From the NCBI GenBank assembly GCA_963759785.1, contig CAVXAM010000006.1, forward strand, positions 210,823 to 274,822: a stretch of 64,000 bases of DNA, written 5' to 3'. The first letter of the stretch is position 1, and each line of letters opens with the position of its first letter. Origin of the DNA: an uncultured Chloroflexia bacterium. Its GTDB lineage: Bacteria > Chloroflexota > Dehalococcoidia > Dehalococcoidales > RBG-16-60-22. Positions 47,467 through 56,477 of the stretch are shown here, piece by piece. A program made the position numbers and the translations under genes. The notes beneath the pieces are model-generated. The model worked only from the letters and a program-made list of their open reading frames with translations. It had not been told where the DNA came from and made no database searches.

Positions 47467-48960
47467 ATGGAGGTTAAAGCTGGGGTTGGAGAAATCACCG
47501 GCATTAAAACCGGAGCTATTATCGTTACTCATTACGAGGGAGTAAAGACCCCTGAAGGCGCTACCGCTGCTATCGATAAGAAACTGGGCGGCGTTGTCGC
47601 TAACATGATTGAACAGGGCGATATCAAAGGCAAACTTAACGAAATCACCCTCTTACATAGCATGAATAAAATCCCGGCCAGCCGTGTAGTTGTTCTGGGA
47701 CTGGGCAAGAAAAATGAGTTAAATACCAATAAAATACGAGGAGCGATAGGAGAGGTCTGCCGTTACCTGCGGAAGAAAAACGTCGCCAGTATCGCCAGCA
47801 TTATCGCTGGAGACGGAGTTAATCAAATCACCAGCGAAGCCGCTATCCAGGCGATGACCGAAGGCGCGATATTGGGTCTTTACACTTTCCGCCGTTATCA
47901 AACTAAGAAAGACGATGATTCCAATGAAATAAAGGAATTCACTATTATCGGCAAAGACAAAAAGCTACTGGAAAAAGCTATCGCTAAAGGGAAGATAATC
48001 GCCGAAGCCGCTAACTTCGCGCGGGACATGGTTAACGAGCCGGGGAATTATATGACGCCGACGCAGATGGCGGAAACCGCCCGTCAGGCGGCTAAAAAAT
48101 ACGGACTAAAACTCGAAGTTTTGGAAAAAGACAAGATGAAAGAACTGGGGATGGGCGGATTATTGGGAGTATCGCAGGGCAGCCAGCAGCCGCCGAAATT
48201 CATCATCCTGACCTATAAAGGACGTGAATCTAAAGATATCGATATCGCTTTAGTGGGTAAGGGCATCACGTTCGACTCCGGCGGTATCTCTATAAAACCG
48301 GCGGAAAACATGGGGGAAATGAAGGACGATATGGCGGGGGGTGCTTCTGTCATGGCGACTATTATCGCTATCGCTCAACTTAAGCCGGCGATTAACGTTA
48401 CTGCTATTATCCCGTCGACAGAAAACCTGCCGAGCGGTACGGCTTTAAAACCGGGGGATATTATTAAAGCCATGAACGGTAAGACTATCGAAGTGCTTAA
48501 CACCGATGCCGAAGGACGTTTGATACTGGCCGATGCTTTAAGCTACGCCGTGAAAAATGGCGCTAAAGCCATTATCGACGTCGCAACACTGACCGGCGCC
48601 TGTCAGATAGCTTTAGGTAAAATTACCTTGGGTGTCTTTACCAACAACCAGTCCCTACTGGATAAAGTCCTCGCCGCCGGTAAAGAAGCTGGCGAGCTTG
48701 CCTGGCAGATGCCGATGTTCGAAGAATATAAGGAATTCATCAAGAGCGATTTGGCTGATATTAAAAACGCCGGCAATCGATACGGCGGTGCGATAACCGC
48801 CGCTAAGTTCCTCGAGGAGTTTGTGGATAAAATGCCTTGGGTACACATCGACCTTACCGACCCTCTTAGTGAAAGCGAAAAAGGTTATCAAGTTAAAGGC
48901 GCCAGCGGTATACCGGTGAGGACATTGATACAATTCGTGCTGTCGCAAGCGAAAAAATAA
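47467..48960 (+). CDS. pepA: Leucyl aminopeptidase (M17)
   Basis: 497 aa with VGKGITFDSGG and NTDAEGRLILADAL. Confidence 0.9.
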   Translation: MEVKAGVGEITGIKTGAIIVTHYEGVKTPEGATAAIDKKLGGVVANMIEQGDIKGKLNEITLLHSMNKIPASRVVVLGLGKKNELNTNKIRGAIGEVCRYLRKKNVASIASIIAGDGVNQITSEAAIQAMTEGAILGLYTFRRYQTKKDDDSNEIKEFTIIGKDKKLLEKAIAKGKIIAEAANFARDMVNEPGNYMTPTQMAETARQAAKKYGLKLEVLEKDKMKELGMGGLLGVSQGSQQPPKFIILTYKGRESKDIDIALVGKGITFDSGGISIKPAENMGEMKDDMAGGASVMATIIAIAQLKPAINVTAIIPSTENLPSGTALKPGDIIKAMNGKTIEVLNTDAEGRLILADALSYAVKNGAKAIIDVATLTGACQIALGKITLGVFTNNQSLLDKVLAAGKEAGELAWQMPMFEEYKEFIKSDLADIKNAGNRYGGAITAAKFLEEFVDKMPWVHIDLTDPLSESEKGYQVKGASGIPVRTLIQFVLSQAKK

Positions 48961-48978
48961 TAGCCGGGGAGGGGTAAA

Positions 48979-49620
48979 ATGAAAATCAAACATTTAGCCC
49001 ATGCTGCTTTTTTAATTACCGCCGCTGATGGCACCCGAATCATTACCGACCCTTATACAAAAGGACCGGGGATGGACCATCAAGCAATCAGTGAAACGGC
49101 GGATATCGTCACTGTCAGCCACGAGCACGGCGACCATAATAACGTTGCTGCCGTAAAAGGTAATCCTAAAATAGTCCGCTCCGACGTCGAAGCCAAAGGA
49201 ATAAAATTCAAAGCAGTCGCGACGAGCCATGACGATAAAGGGGGAAGTCAGCGGGGCAGAAATACAGTCTTTTGCTTCGAGGTGGACGGTATAACCCTCT
49301 GCCATGCCGGCGACCTCGGACATGAACTGACTGCCGAACAAGTTAAAGCCATTGGTAAGGTGGACGTCTTAATGATTCCAGTAGGTGGATTTTTCACCGT
49401 GGATGCCAAAACGGCAACTAAAGTTTGCGACCAGTTAAAACCTAAAGTGGTTATCCCGATGCACTATAACACGGAAAAAATGAGCTTCCCGATCGCCGGT
49501 GTGGAGGATTTTATCAAAGGCAAGAATAACGTGACCCGCTCTAACGTTAGCGAGATTGAACTAACTGCCGATAAACTACCGGCGGCGATGCAGATAATTG
49601 TGCTGGAGCCGTCGTTATAG
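48979..49620 (+). CDS. MBL-fold metallo-hydrolase
   Basis: 213 aa with SHEHGDH and HAGDLGH. Confidence 0.75.
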   Translation: MKIKHLAHAAFLITAADGTRIITDPYTKGPGMDHQAISETADIVTVSHEHGDHNNVAAVKGNPKIVRSDVEAKGIKFKAVATSHDDKGGSQRGRNTVFCFEVDGITLCHAGDLGHELTAEQVKAIGKVDVLMIPVGGFFTVDAKTATKVCDQLKPKVVIPMHYNTEKMSFPIAGVEDFIKGKNNVTRSNVSEIELTADKLPAAMQIIVLEPSL

Positions 49621-49630
49621 TGCCTGACCC

Positions 49631-49657
49631 CTGGATTCCCATTTTCATGGGAACGAC
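49631..49657. repeat. REP-like palindrome
   Basis: CTGGATTCCCAT-ttt-CATGGGAACGAC, 10 nt after the stop of the 48979..49620 gene. Confidence 0.45.
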
Positions 49658-49671
49658 GTGAGGAAAAACAT

Positions 49672-50298
49672 ATGAACGATTATTGGGAAAAAAGATTTCA
49701 AACCGAAGGTAAAATCTGGGGCGATGAACCCAGCCGCTCCGCCGTTTATGCCCTGGAGCTTTTTAAGAAAAACGATGTAAAAAGTGTAGTTGTTCCGGGG
49801 TCGGGCTACGGCCGTAACACTAAATTATTCTCCGATGCCGGGATGAAAATCTCCGGCGTGGAGATATCGGAAACAGCCTGCAAGATGGCACGCAAATTCG
49901 ACCTAGCGACCCGTTTCTATAACGATTCCGCCCTTGATATGTCTTGCCTCGCCGGCAATAATGACGCCGTCTTTTGTTTTAACGTGCTCCACCTTTTCCG
50001 GCAGTATGACCGGACGCTTTTAATCAACCAGTGCGTCAGCCGGATAAAACGTAGCGGGGTAATGTTTTTCACCGTCTTTTCAGAAAAAGAGGAGAGCTAC
50101 GACAAAGGTAAAAAAATCGAACCTGATACCTACGAAAGTAAAAAGGGACGTCCCGTGCACTACTTTACCGAGGATGACCTTAAAGCATCTTTCAGGAAAA
50201 TGGAGATACTAGAAATAGGCGAGACGGAAGAAGCCGAAAACCACGGTGATGGTCCCCATACTCATCTGTTACGCTATATCTACGTCAAAAAAAAATAA
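49672..50298 (+). CDS. Class I SAM-dependent methyltransferase
   Basis: 208 aa with a motif I-like VVVPGSGYGRN and post-I/II spacing typical of the fold. Confidence 0.6.
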   Translation: MNDYWEKRFQTEGKIWGDEPSRSAVYALELFKKNDVKSVVVPGSGYGRNTKLFSDAGMKISGVEISETACKMARKFDLATRFYNDSALDMSCLAGNNDAVFCFNVLHLFRQYDRTLLINQCVSRIKRSGVMFFTVFSEKEESYDKGKKIEPDTYESKKGRPVHYFTEDDLKASFRKMEILEIGETEEAENHGDGPHTHLLRYIYVKKK

Positions 50299-51588
50299 AT
50301 GATTAATCCCCACGATGTAAACCTCATCATCTTCGATATGGACGGGACGATTGTCCCCTCACTACCCGCTGTTTACGAATCGATAAAAAGAGCGTTCATC
50401 AAACTGGGTTGGCCCATTAATTTCAATCCTGACGAAATCAACCAGTTCTTTGGGGTGACGACGGCTTCGACGAAAGGCGGGCTTTATGAGTTCATTACCC
50501 CACCCGACAGCCACCTGACGATTCCGGAAGTCAGGGAAAAAGTGCGTCAAGAGTATGAAGCCGTCTTTCGAGACATGGGGGAAACTTACCCCGGCGTCAA
50601 AGAAACATTGGCAACTCTAAGAAAACGGGGCTATAAACTAGCCCAGTATACCAACGCGTCCACGATATATCTTAATATCATTATGTCAAGTTTGGGGATG
50701 AGTGAATACTTCGACTACGTCGAGTGCATCCAGGATAATAACCTCACCAAACCCGAGTTAGTTAGAAAAATCAGGGATAAGTTCGGCGGATTAACCACAG
50801 CTATCGTCGGCGATAGAACCCACGATATCGAAGCCGCTAAAGAAACCGGCGCCCTATCGATTGGCGCGCTTTATGGCTACGGCGGCGATGAACCTTATCA
50901 AGCCGATATCACGATTAACAAATTCGAAGACTTATTGACTATTTTCGACAGAAGACTGCCGATTTTTGAGAAAATACTCGAAAAAATACATCAGAAAAAA
51001 CAACCTGATAAAGCCTTTGTTATTGGGATAAATGGGATAGATGGGTCGGGCAAAACAGCCTTCGCCGAAGCGTTAGAAACTTACTTAAGAAAAAAAGACC
51101 TCCCCACCCAACTTATACAACTCGACGACTTTCATAATCCTAAAGCTATCCGATACGCCGGCAACGACCAGGCTGATAACTACTATCATAAGAGTTTCAA
51201 TATCGACCTGATAATTAAGAAGCTTTTGGTGCCGATTCAAAAGAAAAAATCAGTATCGTTAAAGCTAACAACTTTAGACTGGCAGACGGATAAATTCGAA
51301 AATAAGCAAAAATATCATATCAAGCCAGATACTATTATTATTTTCGAAGGCGTTTTTCTTTTCCGGAAAGAACTGGCACCCTATTTTGACCTTAAAATCT
51401 TCCTGGACATCCCCTTCGATGAGAGTAAAAAACGAGCTGTTATCAGGGATCCATCAGCGAGCCTCATCCGCTATGATGAAAAATACCTCCCCGCCCAGCA
51501 AAAATACTTAACCGAATATCCCCCTACTAAAGTCGCCGATATCATCATCGACAATACGAATTGGGCGTATCCGACGATTAATAAATAG
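50299..51588 (+). CDS. Fusion of HAD phosphatase and P-loop uridine-kinase/PRK-like kinase
   Basis: 429 aa. N-half has HAD motifs (IIFDMDGTIV, YTNAS, VGDRTHDIEAA). C-half has Walker A (GINGIDGSGKT) with uridine-kinase-like layout. The ATG directly abuts the upstream stop. Confidence 0.7.
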   Translation: MINPHDVNLIIFDMDGTIVPSLPAVYESIKRAFIKLGWPINFNPDEINQFFGVTTASTKGGLYEFITPPDSHLTIPEVREKVRQEYEAVFRDMGETYPGVKETLATLRKRGYKLAQYTNASTIYLNIIMSSLGMSEYFDYVECIQDNNLTKPELVRKIRDKFGGLTTAIVGDRTHDIEAAKETGALSIGALYGYGGDEPYQADITINKFEDLLTIFDRRLPIFEKILEKIHQKKQPDKAFVIGINGIDGSGKTAFAEALETYLRKKDLPTQLIQLDDFHNPKAIRYAGNDQADNYYHKSFNIDLIIKKLLVPIQKKKSVSLKLTTLDWQTDKFENKQKYHIKPDTIIIFEGVFLFRKELAPYFDLKIFLDIPFDESKKRAVIRDPSASLIRYDEKYLPAQQKYLTEYPPTKVADIIIDNTNWAYPTINK

Positions 51589-51680
51589 TGTAATTATTAT
51601 ATCAACCCCTATCCAATATTGACTTCCTATGATACAATTGTATATAGGGGGTTAAGTGCGCTAGAAACTAGGCAGATGAC

Positions 51681-52289
51681 TTGGATATAAGCTGTGTTAT
51701 TCTGGCTGGTGGTAAAAGCAAACGCTTCGGACACGACAAGGTTTTAGAAAGATTCGGTAACACAAGCCTACTCGAACAGGTAATATCCCACGTAGACCCC
51801 ATTTCAAAAGATATTATTATTGTTACAGCGAAAGGGAGAACTTTCGCCCAGTTGGCGAATCACCCAAAGATTAGAATCATTAATGATATTTTGCCAGAAC
51901 AAGGTTCTTTGGGTGGTATATATACCGGATTAGTGAAATCGAATACATTTCATAACCTTGTTGTGGCTGCCGATATGCCCTTTTTGAACGAGTCTTTATT
52001 AAAATACATGGTGAAGGTTGCCGATGGATATGATTTTATATTGCCTCGCTTCGAGGATATGTACGAGCCGTTACACGCTATCTATTCCCGGAATTGCATT
52101 GACCCCATTAAATCAATATTGGTACAGGGTAAAAAGGTTATCATTGAGTTATTTAAATACGTCAAGGTGAGGTTTGTCGAAACTAAGGAAATCGACAGGT
52201 TTGACCCAAAACACATAAGTTTTTTCAACGTCAACACTAAAGAAGATATGGAACAGGCGATGACAATAATCAAAGGAACCAGTGAGTGA
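51681..52289 (+). CDS. mobA: Molybdenum cofactor guanylyltransferase
   Basis: 202 aa, TTG start, VILAGGKSKRFG motif. Confidence 0.85.
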   Translation: MDISCVILAGGKSKRFGHDKVLERFGNTSLLEQVISHVDPISKDIIIVTAKGRTFAQLANHPKIRIINDILPEQGSLGGIYTGLVKSNTFHNLVVAADMPFLNESLLKYMVKVADGYDFILPRFEDMYEPLHAIYSRNCIDPIKSILVQGKKVIIELFKYVKVRFVETKEIDRFDPKHISFFNVNTKEDMEQAMTIIKGTSE

Positions 52290-53569
52290 TGTTAACGGTT
52301 GAAGAAGCCCTGCAAAAGATACTGAACGAAGTTAGCGTCCTCGATACAGAGTCAGCCCCTATTTTAGAAACACTGGGGCAGGTTCTCGCCGAGGATATAG
52401 TTTCTAATATTAACGTCCCGCCATGGGATAATTCTTCCATGGACGGTTACGCCGTCCGGTCAGCGGATGTCAAAGGCGCCAGTGAAAAATCCCCCAGAAC
52501 CCTAAAGGTAATCGATACCGTTATCGCCGGCAGTGTTTCCACTAAAGAAGTCCTGCCGGGCACAGCTATCCGCATTATGACCGGGGCGCTGATACCAAAG
52601 GGAGCGGATAGTGTCGTACAATTCGAATACACTAACGACGCCAAGAACAAAGACGCCTCCTCCAATCAGACCCCCGAAGAGGTCAAAGTTTTTGCCGAGA
52701 CTATCATCGGACAGAATATCCGCCATGTCGGCGAAGATATAAAGCAAGGCAATGTAATCCTGAAAAAAGGCACGGTCATTCGACCGGCGGAAATCGGTTT
52801 GGCGGCATCGATGGGGCGCAGTCATGCTAAAGTCATCCGCCGTCCGGTAGTGGCGGTTCTTTCGACCGGCGACGAATTATTAGACCTCGATAAAACGTTA
52901 ACCGAAGGTAAAATTTATAACAGTAACACCTATAGCATCGCCAGCCTGGTGAAACGTTATGGCTGTATCCCGAAAATCCTGGGGATAGCCCGCGATAACG
53001 AGAAAGAGCTCGTAAAGAAATTAAAACAGGCGCAGGACGCCGATATATTGCTGACGACTGGCGGGGTTTCCATGGGCGATTACGATATGGTTAAAGATAT
53101 CCTCGCCCGAGACGGCCAGATGGTCTTTTGGAAAGTACGTGTTAAGCCGGGTAAACCTTTAGCCTTCGGCAAGATAAAAGGCAAGGATAAAAACGGTAAA
53201 GAGAAAGTTATACCTCACCTCGGCCTCCCGGGTAACGTCACCAGCTGTATGGTCAGCTTTGAATTATTCGTACGACCGGCATTACTGAAAATGATGGGGA
53301 AAAATAATATCGCGAAACCGACCATTACCGCGATTATCGAAGACACGGTGAAAAACGACGCCGGCCGGCGCATCTACGACCGCGCCATCATCGAAAAACG
53401 TGATGGTCATTATCATGCTAAATTAACCGGTCCGCAGGGCTCGGGGATATTGACATCCATGGGTTTAGCGAATGGATTAGTGATTATCCCCGAAGAAAAC
53501 GGCGGCGTTAAAAAAGGCGACACCGTCCAAGTGCTGATGTTGGACTGGAATGAAGAAGTTAATATTTAG
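52286..53569 (+). CDS. moeA: Molybdopterin molybdenumtransferase
   Basis: 427 aa with SSMDGYAVR, STGDEL and TTGGVSMGDYD. Start overlaps the mobA stop. Confidence 0.9.
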   Translation: MMLTVEEALQKILNEVSVLDTESAPILETLGQVLAEDIVSNINVPPWDNSSMDGYAVRSADVKGASEKSPRTLKVIDTVIAGSVSTKEVLPGTAIRIMTGALIPKGADSVVQFEYTNDAKNKDASSNQTPEEVKVFAETIIGQNIRHVGEDIKQGNVILKKGTVIRPAEIGLAASMGRSHAKVIRRPVVAVLSTGDELLDLDKTLTEGKIYNSNTYSIASLVKRYGCIPKILGIARDNEKELVKKLKQAQDADILLTTGGVSMGDYDMVKDILARDGQMVFWKVRVKPGKPLAFGKIKGKDKNGKEKVIPHLGLPGNVTSCMVSFELFVRPALLKMMGKNNIAKPTITAIIEDTVKNDAGRRIYDRAIIEKRDGHYHAKLTGPQGSGILTSMGLANGLVIIPEENGGVKKGDTVQVLMLDWNEEVNI

Positions 53570-53580
53570 TAGTTAAAGAT

Positions 53581-54231
53581 ATGCGAACGATAATATCTAT
53601 TGTTGGTAAATCCAGCTCGGGAAAAACGACCCTACTGGAAAAAATAATCGTCGAGCTGAAAAAGCGGGGACACAAGGTGGCCATCGTGAAGCACTCGCAT
53701 CATAAGGACGACCTCGATACCGCCGCTAAAGATACCTGGCGTTTTACTAAAGCCGGTAGTGAGTTATCGGCTATCAACTCGCTCGACCACCTGGCGATTT
53801 ACCGGAAAATGGATGAGTTTTTCGACCCGCAGGATATCGCTAACTACGTGCTTTGGGACTTTGATATCCTCCTCACCGAGGGCTTTAAGGGTAGCAACTA
53901 TCCTAAAATCGAGGTCCACCGGGGTGAACAGGGCGATGAATTGCTGACTGACCCGAAGTTACTGCTGGCGGTAGTTACCGATAAGCCGCTGGATATTAAA
54001 GTTCCGCAGTTTTCCCATGACGATGTAACGGGTATTGTCGATATGATAGAAAAAACCGTAGCCGTTCAAGATAGCGAAACTGAATTAAAAATGGTCATCA
54101 ACGGCAAACCCAAACCCATCAGCCCCGCTTTAAAAGAGGTCCTGACCCGCACATTTTCGGAACTAATACCCGACCTACAAAATAACGGCGAAGTTAAAAA
54201 CCTGCATATCTCCATGAGGAGGAAGCATTGA
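53581..54231 (+). CDS. mobB: Molybdopterin-guanine dinucleotide biosynthesis adapter MobB with about 45-aa C-terminal extension
   Basis: 216 aa with GKSSSGKTTL and VKHSHH. Confidence 0.8.
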   Translation: MRTIISIVGKSSSGKTTLLEKIIVELKKRGHKVAIVKHSHHKDDLDTAAKDTWRFTKAGSELSAINSLDHLAIYRKMDEFFDPQDIANYVLWDFDILLTEGFKGSNYPKIEVHRGEQGDELLTDPKLLLAVVTDKPLDIKVPQFSHDDVTGIVDMIEKTVAVQDSETELKMVINGKPKPISPALKEVLTRTFSELIPDLQNNGEVKNLHISMRRKH

Positions 54232-54959
54232 TTTTCGATACCTCTGATTTTGTATTTAAAGTGCCGTCGGTCGTGGCACGGGCGCGGCGCGTCCTAATAA
54301 AACCCAGCGCGTCTTACCCCCTGCCCTATCCGGTTACGACGAGCGCTGAAATGCTGGCGGCGATTATCTCCAGTATCCGTAGGGTCAGCGACGCCGATAT
54401 CATCCTCTTGGAAGGCACACCCGACGGCATCCCCACCCGCCCCATTTATAAGGCGCTAGGTTATAACTTCCCGCGGGTGTTGACGCTGGACGTTAAGGAC
54501 TGTATCTTCGTCGAGGTTGATAACCCACTGCCTAAACCCTTCGCCGTGCCGACCTTTTGGGTGCCTAACGTGCTTTTATCCAGCGACTACCTGATAACCG
54601 TAGCCCCGCTGAAAACCTATAACGGTTCGGGGAGCTTTACCATCCCCAATCTACTTTCACTGCTGCCGAGCAGCAAGTATGGCGCGGATGAATCTGGAGG
54701 CTGGGATAATCTCTACAGTCTGGGGATAGATAAAGTACTGGCTGATCTTTACTTTACACTCCCCTTTGACCTTGGCATTGTTGAAGCCAAACAGAAATTC
54801 GCCGTTAAAGAATATCCCGACGAAGGTGATATCGAGGATTACGATAAAATCTTTGTTGGTGAACCCTATGATACCGACCGCGAGGTCGCCGAAACGCTGG
54901 GACTTAAAATCGGTTATCTTGAATTGATAAAATCAGCCAAGGTAGAACTCGAAGCCTAG
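54228..54959 (+). CDS. DUF362-like protein
   Basis: 243 aa. RVLIKPSASYP…VTTSAEMLAAII…ILLEG resembles the DUF362 N-terminal pattern. TTG start overlaps the mobB stop by 4 nt. Confidence 0.5.
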   Translation: MIFDTSDFVFKVPSVVARARRVLIKPSASYPLPYPVTTSAEMLAAIISSIRRVSDADIILLEGTPDGIPTRPIYKALGYNFPRVLTLDVKDCIFVEVDNPLPKPFAVPTFWVPNVLLSSDYLITVAPLKTYNGSGSFTIPNLLSLLPSSKYGADESGGWDNLYSLGIDKVLADLYFTLPFDLGIVEAKQKFAVKEYPDEGDIEDYDKIFVGEPYDTDREVAETLGLKIGYLELIKSAKVELEA

Positions 54960-54967
54960 TCAAACAA

Positions 54968-55246
54968 CTATCTAATTCGAAAGCTCGCGAATCCGCCGGT
55001 ATATTCCCCCCAGGTAACGATGATGTTTTCCACGCTGGCAGCAGGAGGACCAACCTTAAGATATTCCACCAGTTTTTCGAGATTGGGCTTTTCGCCCTCC
55101 ACCCTGACTTCTACCAGATTGCCCGGTCGGTTGCGCACATAGCCGGTTAGATTCAACTGTAAAGCCTTGTCTTCGACTGAAGCTCGGAAAAAAACACCCT
55201 GAACACGACCCTGAATAGTCGCGTGGACCGACGCTTTTTCAGTCAT
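54968..55246 (-). CDS. acyP: Acylphosphatase
   Basis: 92 aa with IQGRVQGVFFR and GYVRN. Confidence 0.85.
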   Translation of the reverse strand: MTEKASVHATIQGRVQGVFFRASVEDKALQLNLTGYVRNRPGNLVEVRVEGEKPNLEKLVEYLKVGPPAASVENIIVTWGEYTGGFASFRIR

Positions 55247-55284
55247 CAGCGACCACCCTTAGCTTCCGCCCTTATTCAGGCAGC

Positions 55285-55434
55285 TTAAAATTCTTCTTCC
55301 TCCTGTGACTTTTTCTTTTTCCTAATTATTTCGACTTCAGCCGGCGGCGTTGTAATGGAAACCGGGGCTATCTTCTTGGAGTCTTTTTTGGCTTTCTTTT
55401 TTTCTCGATGAGCGTAATCGCTTCGACTACCCAT
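55285..55434 (-). CDS. Unannotated 49-aa lysine-rich peptide, hypothetical
   Basis: ATG preceded by GAGGTG. MGSRSDYAHREKKKAKKDSKKIAPVSITTPPAEVEIIRKKKKSQEEEEF. Fills the rnc-acyP gap on the same strand. Low complexity, so uncertain. Confidence 0.3.
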   Translation of the reverse strand: MGSRSDYAHREKKKAKKDSKKIAPVSITTPPAEVEIIRKKKKSQEEEEF

Positions 55435-55460
55435 ATTCACACCTCGCTAAGGTTTTTAAT

Positions 55461-56219
55461 TTACTCAAAAAGCAGTTTACCAAATATCCGCTTCTTCGTA
55501 AAGTCCTTTTCCAGAGCTTTTAAAGCCAGTCGAGCAGCTTCGGTTTCGGCGATTTTTTTACTCTTTCCGGTGCCTTTGCCCAACGTCTTGCCATTAACGA
55601 GTACCTCGACGATAAACTTTTTATCGTGGTCAGGTCCCGTTTCCGATACCAGTCGATAGACCGGTGCCGACTTAAAATGAGATTGCGTGAATTCCTGCAA
55701 TCTGGATTTATATTCAACGTCCGCGCCCCGACTAGCCAGCTTTTCCCATTCTTCAGCTAACAGCCTATTGACGATTGCTTTGGTATTCTCGATACCCTGG
55801 TCGAGGTATAACGCCGCAATCATGGCTTCTAACGACCCCGCGAGGTTGGGAGTTTTGCTGCGTCCCCCGCTGGCTTCCTCCCCTTTACCCATATAAAGAA
55901 AATCACCTAATTTTATAGTATCAGCTATATGGGCTAAAGTATCGCGCCGCACCAATGTTGCCCGGGCTTTAGTCATCTCGCCTTCGGTCAAGTCAGGAAA
56001 ATCTCGATGAAGTTTATCGGCGACGATAAAGTCCAGCACGGCATCTCCGAGAAACTCCAGCCTTTCATTATTTCTGATATCGAGAGCGGGATTTTCGTTG
56101 ATATAAGAGCTATGCACCAGAGCCTGTTCCAGCAGTGAAGGCTCGTTAAAAGACACTCCTAATAATTTTTCCAGTTTAGCGATATCAGACACGACAAATC
56201 CCTTCTTATGTAATAACAA
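55461..56219 (-). CDS. rnc: Ribonuclease III
   Basis: 252 aa with ERLEFLGDAVL and a C-terminal dsRBD (GPDHDKKF…GKSKKIAETEAA). Confidence 0.9.
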   Translation of the reverse strand: MLLHKKGFVVSDIAKLEKLLGVSFNEPSLLEQALVHSSYINENPALDIRNNERLEFLGDAVLDFIVADKLHRDFPDLTEGEMTKARATLVRRDTLAHIADTIKLGDFLYMGKGEEASGGRSKTPNLAGSLEAMIAALYLDQGIENTKAIVNRLLAEEWEKLASRGADVEYKSRLQEFTQSHFKSAPVYRLVSETGPDHDKKFIVEVLVNGKTLGKGTGKSKKIAETEAARLALKALEKDFTKKRIFGKLLFE

Positions 56220-56257
56220 TAGCCTGTCGCGATTGGGGTGTCAATAGGTAGGCGTTA

Positions 56258-56286
56258 TTGTCTCCATTTATACTTCATGTTATAAT
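56258..56286 (+). promoter_or_regulatory. Putative extended -10 promoter for tRNA-Gln
   Basis: TTGTCT (56258-56263), 17 nt, TGT-TATAAT (56281-56286). The tRNA starts 12 nt downstream. Confidence 0.45.
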
Positions 56287-56297
56287 TTATCCATTGT

Positions 56298-56371
56298 TGG
56301 GGCGTCGTCTAGCGGTAGGACAGCAGACTCTGGATCTGTATGCGAAGGTTCGATTCCTTCCGCCCCAGCCA
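56298..56371 (+). tRNA. tRNA-Gln (anticodon CTG), CCA encoded
   Basis: Acceptor TGGGGCG/CGCCCCA (U1-A72 as in bacterial tRNA-Gln), anticodon loop CTCTGGA, T arm GAAGG-TTCGATT-CCTTC, 3' GCCA. Confidence 0.9.
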
Positions 56372-56477
56372 TTCTCTTATCGTTAGTTTACACCTCAATT
56401 CCACGACGCTATAATAGATAGAAGCGGTATAATCTTTATTCCTGTAATGATGTAGAATATCAAGGGATTACTTTGCG

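Noticed and set aside
51589-51680. Moco riboswitch upstream of mobA, or upstream of the molybdoenzyme at 8597-8732
   Set aside because: The regions are short and I could not recognise the conserved Moco-RNA core. Only a promoter-like TTGACT…TATATA and an imperfect inverted repeat are present. A covariance-model scan would be needed to exclude it formally.
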